Below, in pieces: positions 26,552-39,684 of a DNA stretch of 64,000 nucleotides (positions are counted from its first letter, which is position 1; every line of letters begins with the position of its first letter). The DNA is from Carcharhinus longimanus (taxonomy: Eukaryota), in assembly GCA_030264375.1 (NCBI GenBank), contig JASCQW010000027.1, positions 79,128,815 to 79,192,814 on the forward strand, written 5' to 3'. The translations under genes were made by a program, and so were the position numbers. Under the pieces are notes generated by a model. The model did no database searches and was not told the origin of the DNA. It saw only the letters and a list, made by a program, of their open reading frames with translations.

Positions 26552-26565
26552 CTGCCACCTTGTGG
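26552..26565 (-). promoter_or_regulatory. CTCF-like motif
   Basis: CCACAAGGTGGCAG on the minus strand, one deviation from CCASYAGRKGGCRS, in non-repeat sequence. Confidence 0.35.
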
Positions 26566-27974
26566 TAGATTTACAAAATCATTGTCTCTTTCCCCCAATT
26601 TGAGATAAAACCATATAAGGGCTTCCTTTGAGACTATTGCTTCACTTCTCATTGAGTGCTAGATAATGCAAAACATCTAATTTTATAGATCTGGCTTTAA
26701 TTACATGGTAACAGATGTCAATTGGCTAATAACAATCAACTGCATATAAAAGTACTTGTAAAATAGCAAATTATTACAGGAGTGATAATGGCATTTGAAA
26801 AGCAAAGTATGAAAACAAGCAACTAGACTAAATTACCCAAAGAATGGCATGAATATATGGATTGAGATTGTGGTGTTAGGCTTTGGATTTGTTATAGCAT
26901 AAGACTTTATAAAGAGATAGAAATGCCCCATATTTAATTTAATGCATTCACAATTTTCTAGTTTGCATCCCCTAGTTTAGTGAAAAGCAGATGTTGTATG
27001 CTAAGGATGCCTTTATCCAGATCTATTGCTGGTGCATTGCAATTTCCTGTGCTGACTGCCTACCTAGGTGAAATTCATCCAGTAAAATCAGTGGTGATTT
27101 TGACTTCACCCTGAATCATCTTAGTTACAAAGCTGTTTCTTTTTTAAAAAATTAAAGATTTCTGATATATGCAAGGAACTGAATCATGTTGTACCTTTGA
27201 ATAGAAAAATCCAGTCTATTTAGAAAAACTAATTTTAACATATTCTCAATCCTCCTGATGGTACATTGGGGACCATACAGGTGGTTCTCAGTGCCTTTTG
27301 CAGGCCAATACTTCCATATACTCCTATGTGGAAGGTACTAGGAATTCAGTTCCTCAAAACATGCAGTCCCACTTCCTTCCACCCACGTTTCAAGGTTATA
27401 ATATTGTTGCCACAACAGGTGCTGTTGAACAAGCTCTAGGCAAGTATGAACAGGCAGTGCAGGTTCGTTTAAGCACTCGCTATTTAAACAAAATGGTTAC
27501 CAAGACACTGCAAAACTAAATCAGAAACAGAAAATTCTGTACACTCAATAACTGACCTCAGATTTAAGAACACTCCACAGTCAGTCAAAAAGCAAAGCAA
27601 CACCTATCTGTTCTATCAACTGCCCTGAACGCAGGACAGCATCCCCAGCTGTCCATTTCCCTCAACTTATTTTTTGGGATTTCGTAAGTACTGTACTTAA
27701 GTTTATCATACGGATTTTGATTCTTCATGCCCTATTACAATCCTTGCACACAGCAGAACAAAAGGAAACAAAGAGATTTTGATGGATTAGTCAGAGATAG
27801 CAGGAGATGTTTTAAACCACTGAACGTTCCAATCCTCCTATGTATTTTTTTTTGTCTAATAGTTATGGTTCAAATCATCTCCAACAATACCAAATTGAAT
27901 AGCTACAGTTTAATAAAATAGCTGGAAGTAACAACCTAAGGATAAAGAGATATCAGCTGTTTATAACAGACTTG

Positions 27975-28895
27975 GATGAAGTTGTCAGATTTGCTGATGA
28001 CACAAAGATAGGTCGAAAAGGGACATAAGGAGACTACAAAAAGATACAGGTAGGTCAAGTGAATGGGCAAAGATCTGGCGAATGAAATATAATGTGGAAA
28101 AATGTGAAGCTGTCCATTTTGGCAGCAAGTATAAAAATGGAGCATATTATCTAAATGGTGAGAGATTGCAGAAATCTGGCATGCAGAGATTTGGGTGTCC
28201 TAGTACATGAATCACAAAAGGCTTGTATGCAGGTACAGCAAGTAATTAGGAAAGCTAATCAAAATTATCATCTATTATGAGGGGAATTGAATACAAAGGT
28301 AAAGAGGTTATGCTACCATTGTACAGGCACTAGTGAGATCACATCTGGAGTACTGTGTACATTACTGGTCACCTTATTTAAGGAAGGATATACGTATGTT
28401 GAAAGCAGTTCTGAGAAGGCTTACAAGACTAACACTGGAATTGGTGGGTTGTCTTATGAGGAAACGTTAGACAGGCTAGGTTTAAATCTTCTGGAGTTTA
28501 GAAGAGTAAGACACAACTTGATTGAAACATATAGGATCATGAGTGATCTTGACAGGTTGAATGTGGAGAAGATGTTTTCTCAGAAGAGAATCCAGAAGTG
28601 GGAGTCACTATTCAAAAGAAAGAGTTGTCCATTTAAAAAGAGAGAAGGCAAAATATTTTTCTATCAGAGATTCGAGCGTCTTTTGGAACTCTTTTCCTTA
28701 AAAGGTGGTGTAATCAGAGTTTTTAATATTTTTAAGGCAGAGATGGATACATTCTTGGTAAGCAAGAAGGTGATAGGTTATCAGGGATGGGCGGGATGCA
28801 GATTTGAGGTTACTAACAGATCAGCCATGATCTTGTTAAATGGCGGAGCAGGCTCGAGGAGTTGAATGGCCTACTTGGCTCCTTGTTCGTATTTT
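27975..28895 (+). mobile_element. CR1 LINE 3' ~0.9 kb
   Basis: FADDTK motif near 27990, GLSYEETLDRLGL..LEFRR, tail agatcagccatgatctt...ggcggagcaggctcgagg. Confidence 0.88.
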
Positions 28896-29097
28896 GTAGT
28901 TGGCAGCTCCTCAAGACAAATTAAAACATTCTGTAGAGAAAGACATGCCTGAACTTTACATATTTTTGAACGGTTAGGACATGTATGCCCTCGTTACATG
29001 TAATGATTACACAAAATAATAATTTGGCTTCTTCCAAAACTTGCAGTTCTCCTGCTCATGTGCTGCAGGGATGGGCATTTAGTGCTACACCAAAATC

Positions 29098-29405
29098 CTA
29101 TAGAATCCTTACAGTGCAGGAGCCATTCAGCCCATTGAGTGTGCACTGACCACAATCCCACTCAGGCCCTATTCCTGCAACCCCATATATTTACCTTGTT
29201 AATCCCCTGACACTACAGTCACTTTAGCATGACCAATCAACTTAACCAGCACATCTTTGGACTTTGGGAGGAAGCCAGAGCACATGGAGAAAACCCCAGC
29301 AGACACAGGGAGAACATGCAACTTCACACAAATTGTGACCTGAGACCTGAACTGAACCGAGGTCACTGACGCTGTGAGGCAGCAGTGCTAACCACTGTGC
29401 CATCA
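29098..29405 (-). mobile_element. HE1 SINE
   Basis: Colinear with the other copies. Confidence 0.88.
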
Positions 29406-30399
29406 TACCACTGTACAGACCAATAACCTACCCCCACACCTCTCACCAACACCCCCCAACCCTAATCATTTTGAGGCCAGCAATGTGACTCTAGAAGAAC
29501 TCCTTTATTTTGCTGTCTTGTCTCTTTGTGCTATACCACCTGGCTCAGCCTGCAAGTCCGCACAGCCCACAGGTACAACCTCGGCACTTCAGCATTTCCC
29601 ACTTCCTGTTCAGTCTACCTCCTGTCAAGTCGGTAAATCTTGAGTTTGGTTCCTTCTCCTCCTCCTCCTCCTCATGCCACCCCCACCCAGTTAATCAACC
29701 CAAACTCTGCCAATGTCCAATGTCCATGATTGAGTAACCTGCACATGTGCACATGGCTAATTCACATTTGCACATACCATTTCCACCACATTAACTGGTG
29801 TGATGTCTAAATGATGAGCCCACTCCCCCATTTCTAAAGGAAAAGTTTGATCTATTGGGATAATCTGGCATTTTAAAACTGTTGGTAAACAAAAATCAGC
29901 TTAGATGCTTTTATTTATTTATCCTACTTACAAGACATTATTTTCTGAGTTTCGTTTCTGATGTCACGGGAGGGTCCCATTCAGAATAAAATTTGAGTGA
30001 CATTTAATATTCTAGGTGAGATTCCAGATGTGTCTCACACAGGTTACATTCAGGCTGTATGATTTCATTGAGAGTTGAGTTTAGATGTGTTCACAGTCTA
30101 ACTGAGCATAACTCGATTAATTCAAGAACATTAAAGCAAGATGTATTCTTTAATTACAAATTGGACATTTTTGACTGGCACAAAATCTTAACAGGATGAG
30201 GCCGATTTTAGGAATTAGAAATTTGCAAAACACTGATAACCGAGCATGAATCTTTAATTTAATGAATCTTTAATCATGGAGTGCGCGTGTCTCCGCATGT
30301 GTGTTTTGTTTTCCCCTAACAATGTGTGAATGTGTTTCCAGCTATGCATGTCCTCTCCCTTTCTGTTTGTGTTATGTGCGTTTCCCTTTCTGGGTGTAG

Positions 30400-30539
30400 A
30401 ACTCCCATTCACCTGACGAAGGAGCAGCGCTCAGAAAGCTAGTGGCTTTTGCTACCAAATAAACCTGTTGGACTTTAACCTGGTGCTGTGAGACTTCTTA
30501 CTGCGTTTACCCCAGCCCAACGCCGGCATCTCCACATCA
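30400..30539 (+). mobile_element. Penelope-like family A terminal repeat with hammerhead motif (30410-30444)
   Basis: CAC-CTGACGA-A-GGAGC-AGC-GCTCA-GAA-AGCT-A-GTG, then ...aataaacctgttggactt...ggcatctccacatca. Confidence 0.7.
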
Positions 30540-31469
30540 AAACTAAATTTCCCCAGTGCACTTCTCAGATCCGTCTCGCAATCCGCAGGTTAGCCGAAGG
30601 GAACTCCGCAATTCCCAGACAAGAACATATTCGTGGGTATTGCTTTGAAGACAACATTGAAATCAAACCGAACTCTCCACTTAATATCGGATCTCTACAA
30701 GGAGATGATACAGCTGAAAGCTACGAAACCAGATACTTCTTTTGCAAGTTAAACACTACCCCCCCCTCCACTCCCCGCTTTGATCCAGAAGCGAAATTAT
30801 TCAAGTGTATACATTACCTTCGCACCCTATTAGAGTTTAATCACTTTCGATTGAATACCATACTTTTTCTAAGCAGTTTAGCAAAATACAAAGCTTACCA
30901 GCAGGAGGAAAGGAAATCCCATGGCCAAAAGAAATGTTAGACTGAAATGAGGCGTCTTCATCGTGTTATATCTTTCTCTGTCACTTCCAGCAATTGAAAG
31001 CCCTTCTCGACAATTGTGCAGCTGCCTCCAACTGAACTAATCTCACTGAACTCCCGACTAATGTAAATTCCTAGTTCCCAGCGTCACCACCGATCACGCA
31101 ACCACTCACACTACACTGAACCTGACTAAGTCATCTACGTAGGAAATTAAACGCCTTCATTCATTTTTTTAAACTCCANNNNNNNNNNNNNNNNNNNNNN
31201 NNNNNNNNNNNNNNNNNNNNNNNNNNNNNNNNNNNNNNNNNNNNNNNNNNNNNNNNNNNNNNNNNNNNNNNNNNNNNNNNNNNNNNNNNNNNNNNNNNNN
31301 NNNNNNNNNNNNNNNNNNNNNNNNNNNNNNNNNNNNNNNNNNNNNNNNNNNNNNNNNNNNNNNNNNNNNNNNNNNNNNNNNNNNNNNNNNNNNNNNNNNN
31401 NNNNNNNNNNNNNNNNNNNNNNNNNNNNNNNNNNNNNNNNNNNTCAATATGTATCTATGCAGCGGAAAC

Positions 31470-31561
31470 AAAACATTGCGGGTGCTGGAAATTAGAAATA
31501 TAAACAGAAAATGCTGGTAATACTCAACTGGTCAGACAGCATCTGTGGAGAGAAAAACAGT
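31470..31561 (-). mobile_element. Penelope-like family B fragment
   Basis: Matches 22330-22430. Confidence 0.6.
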
Positions 31562-31791
31562 CGACGGGGACGTTCTTACCAGAATTTGGTGATGTGTTGG
31601 CTCCAGCGAGAAAAATGGAGTGAATCACACCAACAGCTCCAGCATAGCTTCTGAGCGAATCTTGAGACTGATTAACTAAAGTTTTTATGGCCATGGGAAT
31701 CACACCACGCCACGCTGGCAGTGGCCTGTCTCTGATTGACCCAGCTTAATCACTGTAATCCTGGGGGAGCTCCATATAAACTGCTCCCAGC

Positions 31792-32033
31792 ACTCTGTGT
31801 GTGGAGTTTGCACCTTCTCACCGTGTCTACGTGGGTTTCCCCTGGGATCTCCGGTTTCCTCCCACAGTCCAAAGATGTGCAGGCTAGGTGAATTGGATAA
31901 AATTGCCCCTTAGTGTCAGGGCAATTCGCAGGGTAAATACATGAGGTAACGGGATAAGGCCTGGGTCGGGTGTTGTCAGTGCAGACTCAATGGGCCGAAT
32001 GGGCTCCTTTTGCACTGTAGGGATTCTACGATT
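31792..32033 (+). mobile_element. HE1 SINE, 5'-truncated
   Basis: V-domain to tail (ctgtagggattctacgattc). Confidence 0.88.
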
Positions 32034-32059
32034 CACTCATTCCCGATCTATTAAAGGGG

Positions 32060-33707
32060 ATGGCAGCCAGGAATCCCGCACCATGTTTCTTGGTGGGAAC
32101 CCTCACCAGAATGCTGGATGGAGTGGAGCAGAAGTGTGATGCACTCTACCCCCACTCCTGAAGGCATCGAAACCCCGTCTTGGATACAGTGGCAGCCCTG
32201 ATGAGTACAGTAAGAAGTCTGACAACACCAGGTTTAAGTCCAATGATTTATTTGATAGTAAACTCACAAGCTTTCGGGTTAGCCCCTTCGTCAGGTGAAT
32301 GGAGAGTTCTGGCCTCAGACANNNNNNNNNNNNNNNNNNNNNNNNNNNNNNNNNNNNNNNNNNNNNNNNNNNNNNNNNNNNNNNNNNNNNNNNNNNNNNN
32401 NNNNNNNNNNNNNNNNAGGCCCACACCTACCACATCTCATCACCATCTTAAATGTCAACATTGCTGCCTACATTCTTCACTATCTGTGTTATTGTAGAAC
32501 AAACTCAACAACGACAAAAGTGAGGAAGCACATCAGCCGGAGTAATGCCGGAGCTCAGAAGCCTCACACCGTTTGAGGGAAAAGCCCTCGAACTGGCTGG
32601 GGAGGAGAAATAGTGTATTTGCATTGCTGGTGAAATGGGGCAGTAGACAAAATTAAGAATCCTCAAGACACGCAGTCATGTATCTCCAAGTCTCAAGTGA
32701 TTAATCAATGTTCCTTCACTCACCCCCTTTGGTGCACTAATGCCATCGCCCTTCTCTTGCGGGAAAAACAGCAGAGCAGCCCAGGCCATCCTCACATCCC
32801 TGGACCGAGCAGTTCTGAGGAAGACTTCTCAAGTCCCAGTGTTGAAGAAGTATCACATTGTCACTTACACCTGGCACCAGCGCAGATACTCACATCTTAG
32901 TAGACAGGCGTCTTGGTCACTCACTGGCAAACACCTCACAGCTGTAGATGGAAGCAGGGATGTCCCAGGGAACCTGCACTTAGAGGGATGTCAGAGCCCA
33001 GGACTCTGCTGGGCTCTTGGTCAATGATATGCCCCTGGATCCGGTCATCCCCCAGAGCTGATGGGATGACAGGATCTCTCCTCAGACTGCAAGGCTGACT
33101 GGAGGAGTCTCATCATCCTCAATGAGGCCAACACTCTGAGGATGGTGTCTGCAGTGGAGAGGTTGGCGTAGGATGTGCACTCCATGACAGGAAATATCTG
33201 CACCAAGGTTCAGCTTATGACCCCCATTTCTGAGGGTATGAACTCCATGGTGCAGGTCTTGGACAGCATGGTGCAGGCACTGATAGGAATCCATGAGTGT
33301 CAGTGCCAGAGGGTGGTGAGAATTCTGGCTGTCACTCCAGCTGCCCCTCTATCCCATGGAGGATCACCGGGCCCATCAGGTATCCAAAAAGATGAGGATC
33401 GTCTGGTGCACAGCCCAGAGCCTTCCACCTAGGAATCCCTGGGAATGTCTAACCTATCTGAGTCCCCCCCACCCCTACTTGTGAGTGACACTCCTCCAGC
33501 CCCACACACTTGATGAGGGCAGCCCTGCAATATCCAAGCTACCTGAAAGCAGGCCAGAGCCCGAAAGATCCAGGACTCCCTCAGGGATACCATTCAAGAT
33601 CACCTCAGGCAACAGGGTGTGGAGTGAGCAGGCCTCTTCAGCCTCAAGCTGCCGATTCTGGGGAAGCACCTAGATGTAGTGGGAGGGTAAGGAAGACTAA
33701 GAAATGA
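32060..33707 (+). pseudogene. Decayed Myb/SANT-like gene of a PIF/Harbinger transposon (element roughly 31565-34200)
   Basis: MAARNPAPCFLVGTLTRMLDGVEQKCDALYP from 32060; LTPFEGKALELAGEE at about 32563 after an acceptor at 32497; basic C-terminus GEAPRCSGRVRKTKK*. Many stops and frameshifts. Confidence 0.55.
32203..32321 (-). mobile_element. Penelope-like family A terminal repeat with intact hammerhead motif (32262-32300)
   Basis: Minus strand ATTCAC-CTGACGA-A-GGGG-CTAA-CCC-GAA-AGCT-T-GTGAGT. Confidence 0.7.
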
Positions 33708-34700
33708 TAGGCACAGTTGGCACGGGTGAAAGTAGACACAAGGGTCAAAAGGTCACCACTGTACATAATTGGAAATAGTAAATCACTTTGTACTCTCATA
33801 GAGCCTCCCTCTGTCATTTCATACTGCCATGCTCAGCTGATCCACACACATACTCAGCGCTTCATTCCTGTGGAGTGAGAGAATGACTGTGCTATATCTC
33901 TCCCACACTGAGGACAGAGTAAAGAAGGCCTGCTGTAGGCCACCCCTCCCACCACCCACCCCCACCAACCATCCATTCATCAGGACTAGTGTATCTCAAT
34001 TTTGTATCTCTTCAGTTGGGAGAAAGGGGCAAGGGCTATTGAGGTGCTCATTACCTGTCCACCTCGGGTGCAAAATAAAAGTGAAAACCTGGAGCCAACA
34101 CTTGGGAAGGGCCTGCAGCATCTAACGCTATTTATTCTGGCTTTGATGAATCCCATGAAGTGCACATTCCTTGGCAAGGATTTGGCAGTCAGCACATCCC
34201 CTTGGAGCCAAGTACTGCCCAATATGAAGAGAAGGTAATTGCCTGTAAGCGACCCATCCAGTTAAGGATTAACTGGTTAGATTGTATGGTATGACTGTGA
34301 AGTTGCACATAGGTCCTCAGGCTACTCCTTGCTTTTTCAAGCCCTGAACAGTGCCCTATGCTATGAGAAGGAAAGTGGAGGAGGAGTTGGATTGGTTGCA
34401 AAGGTTTGGAATCATTGAGCCTATTCGGTTTTCTCACTGGACAACTCCAATCATTCCGGTCCTTAAAAACAATGGTACGATGTGCTTTTGTGATGACTTC
34501 TCACTTGCAGTACTTCCATAGCCACACCGGAAAATCTGAGTGTGCTTTCAGGACTCAGAGCTCTTGTTCCTTTTGTTCCTTCTGTCATCTTGTTAAATTG
34601 TGAACTTGCCTTTTTGCTAACTATAATCTCTTAAAAGCTTTGCCAGAACTGCATTTTGCCTCTTTCCAAAGGCAGTAAACCAACAAAGAGTGGGTTTGTG

Positions 34701-35008
34701 ATCATAGAATCCCTAGAATACAGAAGGAGGCCATTCAGCCCATCAAATCTTAACTGATCACAATCCCAGCAAGCCCTGTTCCTGTAACTGTCATTTACCC
34801 TGCTAGTTCCCCTGATAGATACTAAGGGACAATTTAGAATGTCAATCAACCTAACCCACTCATCGTTGGGCTGTGGGAGGAAACCCAGAGGGAACCCATG
34901 CAGACACAGGGAGAATGCGCAAACTCCACACAGACAGTGATCCAAGTTAGAAATCGAACTTTGATGCTGTGAGGCAGCAGTGCTGACAACTGTGCCACTG
35001 TGCTGCCC
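34701..35008 (-). mobile_element. HE1 SINE
   Basis: Head, V-domain and tail. Confidence 0.88.
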
Positions 35009-35347
35009 AGACTGGCCTGCCCCTCAAAACTACTCTAACTGACATTCAATCAGATCATGGTTGATCTGTGACTTAACTTTGTATATTTCCTTTGGTCCAC
35101 ATTCCTTTAAGCCTTTCAATAACAAGAATTTATCAATCCCAGGTTTAAAATTTGCATTTAATCTGACGTTGATTAATTGCCATTTTTCAGAGCTCCAAAC
35201 TTCGACCACCTTTGTGTATAGAAGTGTTAATTAATTTTATTCTTCAATGATCTGGCTAAATTTTAGACTATACTCCCTCATCCAAATGTCCCCTAACCAA
35301 CAGAAATAGTATATCTGTCTAGTTTACCTGTTGGCCCTGAGAAGGAA

Positions 35348-35640
35348 TAAGTAAAGTTGATTTATTCGTCACAAGTAGGCTTAAGTTAATACTGCAGTGA
35401 AATTATCCCTTCGTTGCCACATTCCGGCACCTGTTCGGGTACACTGAGGGAGAATTTAGCATGGCAAGTGCACCTAACCCGCACATTTTTTGGACTGTGG
35501 GAGGAAACTGGAGCACCCGGAGGAAACTCACACAGATACAGGGAGAATGTGCAAACTCCACACAGACAGTGACCCAAGCCAGGAATTGAACCTAGGTCCC
35601 TAGCACTGTGAGGCAGCAGTGCTAATCACTGTGCCACCCA
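35348..35640 (-). mobile_element. HE1-like alternative-tail SINE
   Basis: Tail ...cctcagtgtacccgaacaggtgccgg...aagcctacttgtgac. Confidence 0.9.
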
Positions 35641-36147
35641 AAGACAGTGGGTTCGTGGCAGCATGATATTGATAGGCAATAGCATCCCTACCCATAACAC
35701 TACCAACTTGCCAATGGTGGGAGACTCCAGGCCCATGTCTCTGAAAACTTGTGTCATTAGCTTATCCCGATTATATAATAAAACATTGTTAATAAATTAA
35801 CATCTGTGTTGATTTAAAAAGAATGCTTCATGTTTTGTCCTGGTGTTCAGTATCAGCTTGCCCATTACAGAATTCACCCCACCTTATTATCTATTAAAAT
35901 CAAGTTGAAAATCCACCACAATAAGTCTTAGCTGGGAGGTCAGTAGTTGACGCTTCAGCAGTTTCCGTCTTTTACTCCTTTATGCAACATCTTATGATCA
36001 GCATTTTTATTTTTTTTCATCAATCTCTATCATTTTTATCAGGGTTTTCTTCACATGAAGTTGTGAATCACTCCCAAGCCATTTTCATGAATTAGATTTC
36101 CTCAAGCCTTTTATTCATCTGGCTCAGATGTCTCCAACTCTCCTTAT

Positions 36148-36466
36148 AGAATCATAGCATCCCTACTGTGCAGAAAGAGGCCACTCAGCCCAAGGAGCTT
36201 GCACTGACAACAACCCCACCCAGACCCTATCCCCCTAACCCCATGGATTTACCCTTCTAGTCCCCCTGGCACTAAGGGGCAATTTACCATGGATAATCAC
36301 CTAACCCGCACATCTTTGAACTGTGGGAGGAAACCGGAGCACCTGATGGAAACCCATGCAGACATGAGGAGAGCGTACAACCTCCACACAGTCACCCAAG
36401 GTCAGAATTGAACTTGGGTCCCTGGTGTTGTGAGGCAGCAGTGCTAACCACTGTGCCATCATGCCG
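36148..36466 (-). mobile_element. HE1 SINE
   Basis: Head, V-domain and tail. Confidence 0.9.
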
Positions 36467-36479
36467 TCTCAGTAGAATA

Positions 36480-37165
36480 GAACTGAAAATAGGGAAGTTA
36501 TACCAAAATTGCATTAAACTTTGCTTAGACCACATTAGTGTGTAGATTGCCATATAAAAGAAAGGATATAGAGACAATACATGAAGTTATGGGGATATGG
36601 CCTGGGTGGGGTTATTGTCGGTGCAGGCACCATGAACCAAATGGTCCTCTTCCGCACTGTAGATTCTATGATGCTATGACACTGGAGAGGGTGCAGAGAT
36701 TTACAAGGTCGTAACAGAAATGCATGGGTATCCAAATGAGGAAAATATTTTCAGTTCGGGTCTCTATTCTCTCAAAGAAAGGTGGTGTGATAACCTAATA
36801 AAGATCTTTAAAATTATGAAAGGGTTTGATAGTGTGGATACAGAGATATGTTTTCCTCTATTGGGGAAGATTGTAACTAGGGACGATCAATATAAGACAG
36901 TCACCAAAACATCTGGTCGGAAATTCACCCTTAAATCAAACAATGGTGACAACGTGGAACTTGCTACCACAGGGGGTGGTTGAATTAAGCAAATAGGATA
37001 TAAACATTTAAGGGGCAGCTAGACAAACTTTTGAGGGAGAAAGAAACTGATGGTTCCAATGATAGTTTTAGATGAGGAAAAATGGGAGGAGATTTAAATG
37101 GAGCATACAGACTGGTATGGGCTGGTTGGGTTGAATGGCCTGTTTTTGTGCCATATATCCTATGT
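36480..37165 (+). mobile_element. Old CR1 3' fragment with an HE1 tail piece inserted (36575-36677)
   Basis: GLYSLKER..DNLIKIFKIMKGFDSVD..CFPL. Confidence 0.7.
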
Positions 37166-38147
37166 ACTCCGATGTAAGTGTACGTTGCAGGATTTACACA
37201 CTTCCTCTCCACAATAATGACAACAATTTACCTACAGAAAAATGGTGCATTAAACTAACCAATCATTATCACTGATTCGCATACCAATCCCTCTCTAAAG
37301 ACTTGTCCCCTGCATCACCTAAAGACAAGAAATATAGAATAGTTTATATTCAAGGTTCTATTTGATACTAGCTGTAGGATTCATGCTTCATACTGGAAAA
37401 AGGAAGACACATCAAGGTAGACAATTATGTAACTTAAAATTATAACAATGGTGTCATATCAATATTTATAATAGCAAGTATATATTCTATAGTACAATTT
37501 TCCAAGCTACACAATATCACTGCATACAGTTTGGAGATCGGACTATTGCATTGCGAAGTTTTTCATACAGATTGAAGGTTCTGGTTTAAGGCAACATAAA
37601 CTTCACTACAAATCTGCTATCAAGTTGAACTCCAGAAATTTTAGTTTGTTTTATTTAAATTTCATGTCAACATTTAGAAATTTGAATGGAGCAGGCATTA
37701 TTTGTTAAAATGTTCCAATGTGGTCTTCAATTAGTTGAGCACTGAATTTATAAAATATTTGGAGACATGACTGTGCTTTTAATACAGGGCTCAGGAGAAC
37801 AAATTCCCAGAAGTCTGGCTCCCTAATTCACACTAAATCAGTGAAAATGGAGAGGAGCAATCTCTAATTAAACCTCTAATTAAGTTGAAACTTTGAAAAA
37901 AAAAGGAAAATGGTAGATTGAAGAAGACTACTCAATCCATCAAGTTTACTCCTTCAACAAACCACATGCATTTTATCCATTTCTTTAATCTCCTGAGAAA
38001 AGCTATTTATAAAGACTTCCCAATTCTCAAGGGCATCAGCTCATCTGACATTTGACTAGGTGTCCATGTCTAAACAGCCTATGAGTCAGTTTTGGTTTAA
38101 ACTAACAGCAATTCGGAATTTGTAGTCTGAACTCCCAAATAACTGGT

Positions 38148-38360
38148 TATGTGGGTTTCCTCTAGCTGCTCCGGTTTCCTCTCACAGTCCAAAGATGCAC
38201 AGATCAGATGGATTGGCCATGCTGAATTGCCCCTGAGTTTCAGAGGGATTAATAGGGTAAATACATAGGGTTACAGGAATAGGGCCTGGGTAGGATTGTC
38301 TTCAGTGCAGGCTTGATGGGCCAAGTGGCCTCCTTTTGCACTGTAGGGATTCTATGATTC
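38148..38360 (+). mobile_element. HE1 SINE, 5'-truncated
   Basis: V-domain to gattctatgattct. Confidence 0.88.
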
Positions 38361-39684
38361 TGGTTGGGTAGTCAGCAGTTAATTATTAGTGAAGGACTAA
38401 GGAGGGTTTGTAAGTAACCAATAGATGAAAGCAGAGCAAAAATCCTTCGCTGATAAATTGCACATATTTAGCTGTTAAGATAAAGGAAGCAGAATAGAAA
38501 GCTGTATTCTCCCTAAGAAATATAAAAACCTTAACATTCCAAGGGTTTAAATAAAACCTCTTAAAACTGATCATATATTTTCACATAAATGCAATTTGAA
38601 GTTTGAAGATTAATTTTCTCTTGCAGTGAAGCACACCTTTGATTATTTTAATTGAAAAAAATAAGAAAGTACAATAATTTAAAATCAGTCAATTGGCAGC
38701 TTTACTAAAAATGCAATCTAAGCAGAAAATACTGAGACAACTCAGTAGGTTCGGGACACATCTGTGGAGAGAGAAGCTTCAGGTTGATAACCTTGCATTT
38801 GTGAGCTTTTCAGGTGATTAAATAAGTGGGGCATAATCCAATACAGAGCAGACTGCCTGTGGACAGAGTGAGCTTGGGGGACCCAATTACACATTCTTCT
38901 TCTAAACTTTCTTCAGTATTGACACTCTGACCAGACCAATCACAATTAAACCCATAACAATAAGCGTGCTTAATGATCAATAACTCTACGAATACAACCA
39001 GAGGGTTTTCCACGAAACAATGAATACAGTACACCCTGGAATAAATAAATGTTCCTTGTAACTTTTTAAAATATCTACTTACTATTGAACTCAACTCTGA
39101 CTTCTAATTCATATGAATGTTGATGCATGAGTTTCATCATTTCTGCATATCTTTTTGGTAGTTAATAAACTTATTCTACCTTAACTCAAGAAAGTCAGGT
39201 TAAATTGGCTCCTTTTTAAACATAACTATTGGGCCTGGAAAAGTATCCAAGGAACAGAGAACCTTGTTTGATTAACCCTTTGCTGCTACCAGCAGAAGAT
39301 GGGTTGGATAGAGACACAGAGCTATTCATCCCTCCCCACCCAGGTTTGTATAATTTGGGAGTATCCTGGCTGGATGGTGACAACTCGACAGATCTTGCCC
39401 AGAACCTGAGGCTGCTCGAAACACTTTGGGAGCCTGTCTGGAAAAAATCTGAACCCAATTGAGCCAATATTGTTCCCACAGAGGGGTAACAAATTGAAGA
39501 TTTCTGGTTCGAATTACAGTGGGGAAATAAATTGTCCCTTGAAACTGATTTTAAGAAACTGCAAGAAGACTTCCTTCAGTTTGTGCTGTTAAATCTTTTT
39601 AAATGTCTATGTTTTGTGCCAGTACTTTTCCAATAGCACAGTGTTATGTTTGAGGATTTAAAAGTTTGTCCCTTGAACAGTTAA

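Noticed and set aside
30488-30940. 150-aa ORF
   Set aside because: Non-ATG start inside a repeat, no recognisable domain or splice context.
33986-34222. Possible Harbinger transposase 3' end convergent with the Myb-like gene
   Set aside because: No DDE motifs recognisable in any frame.
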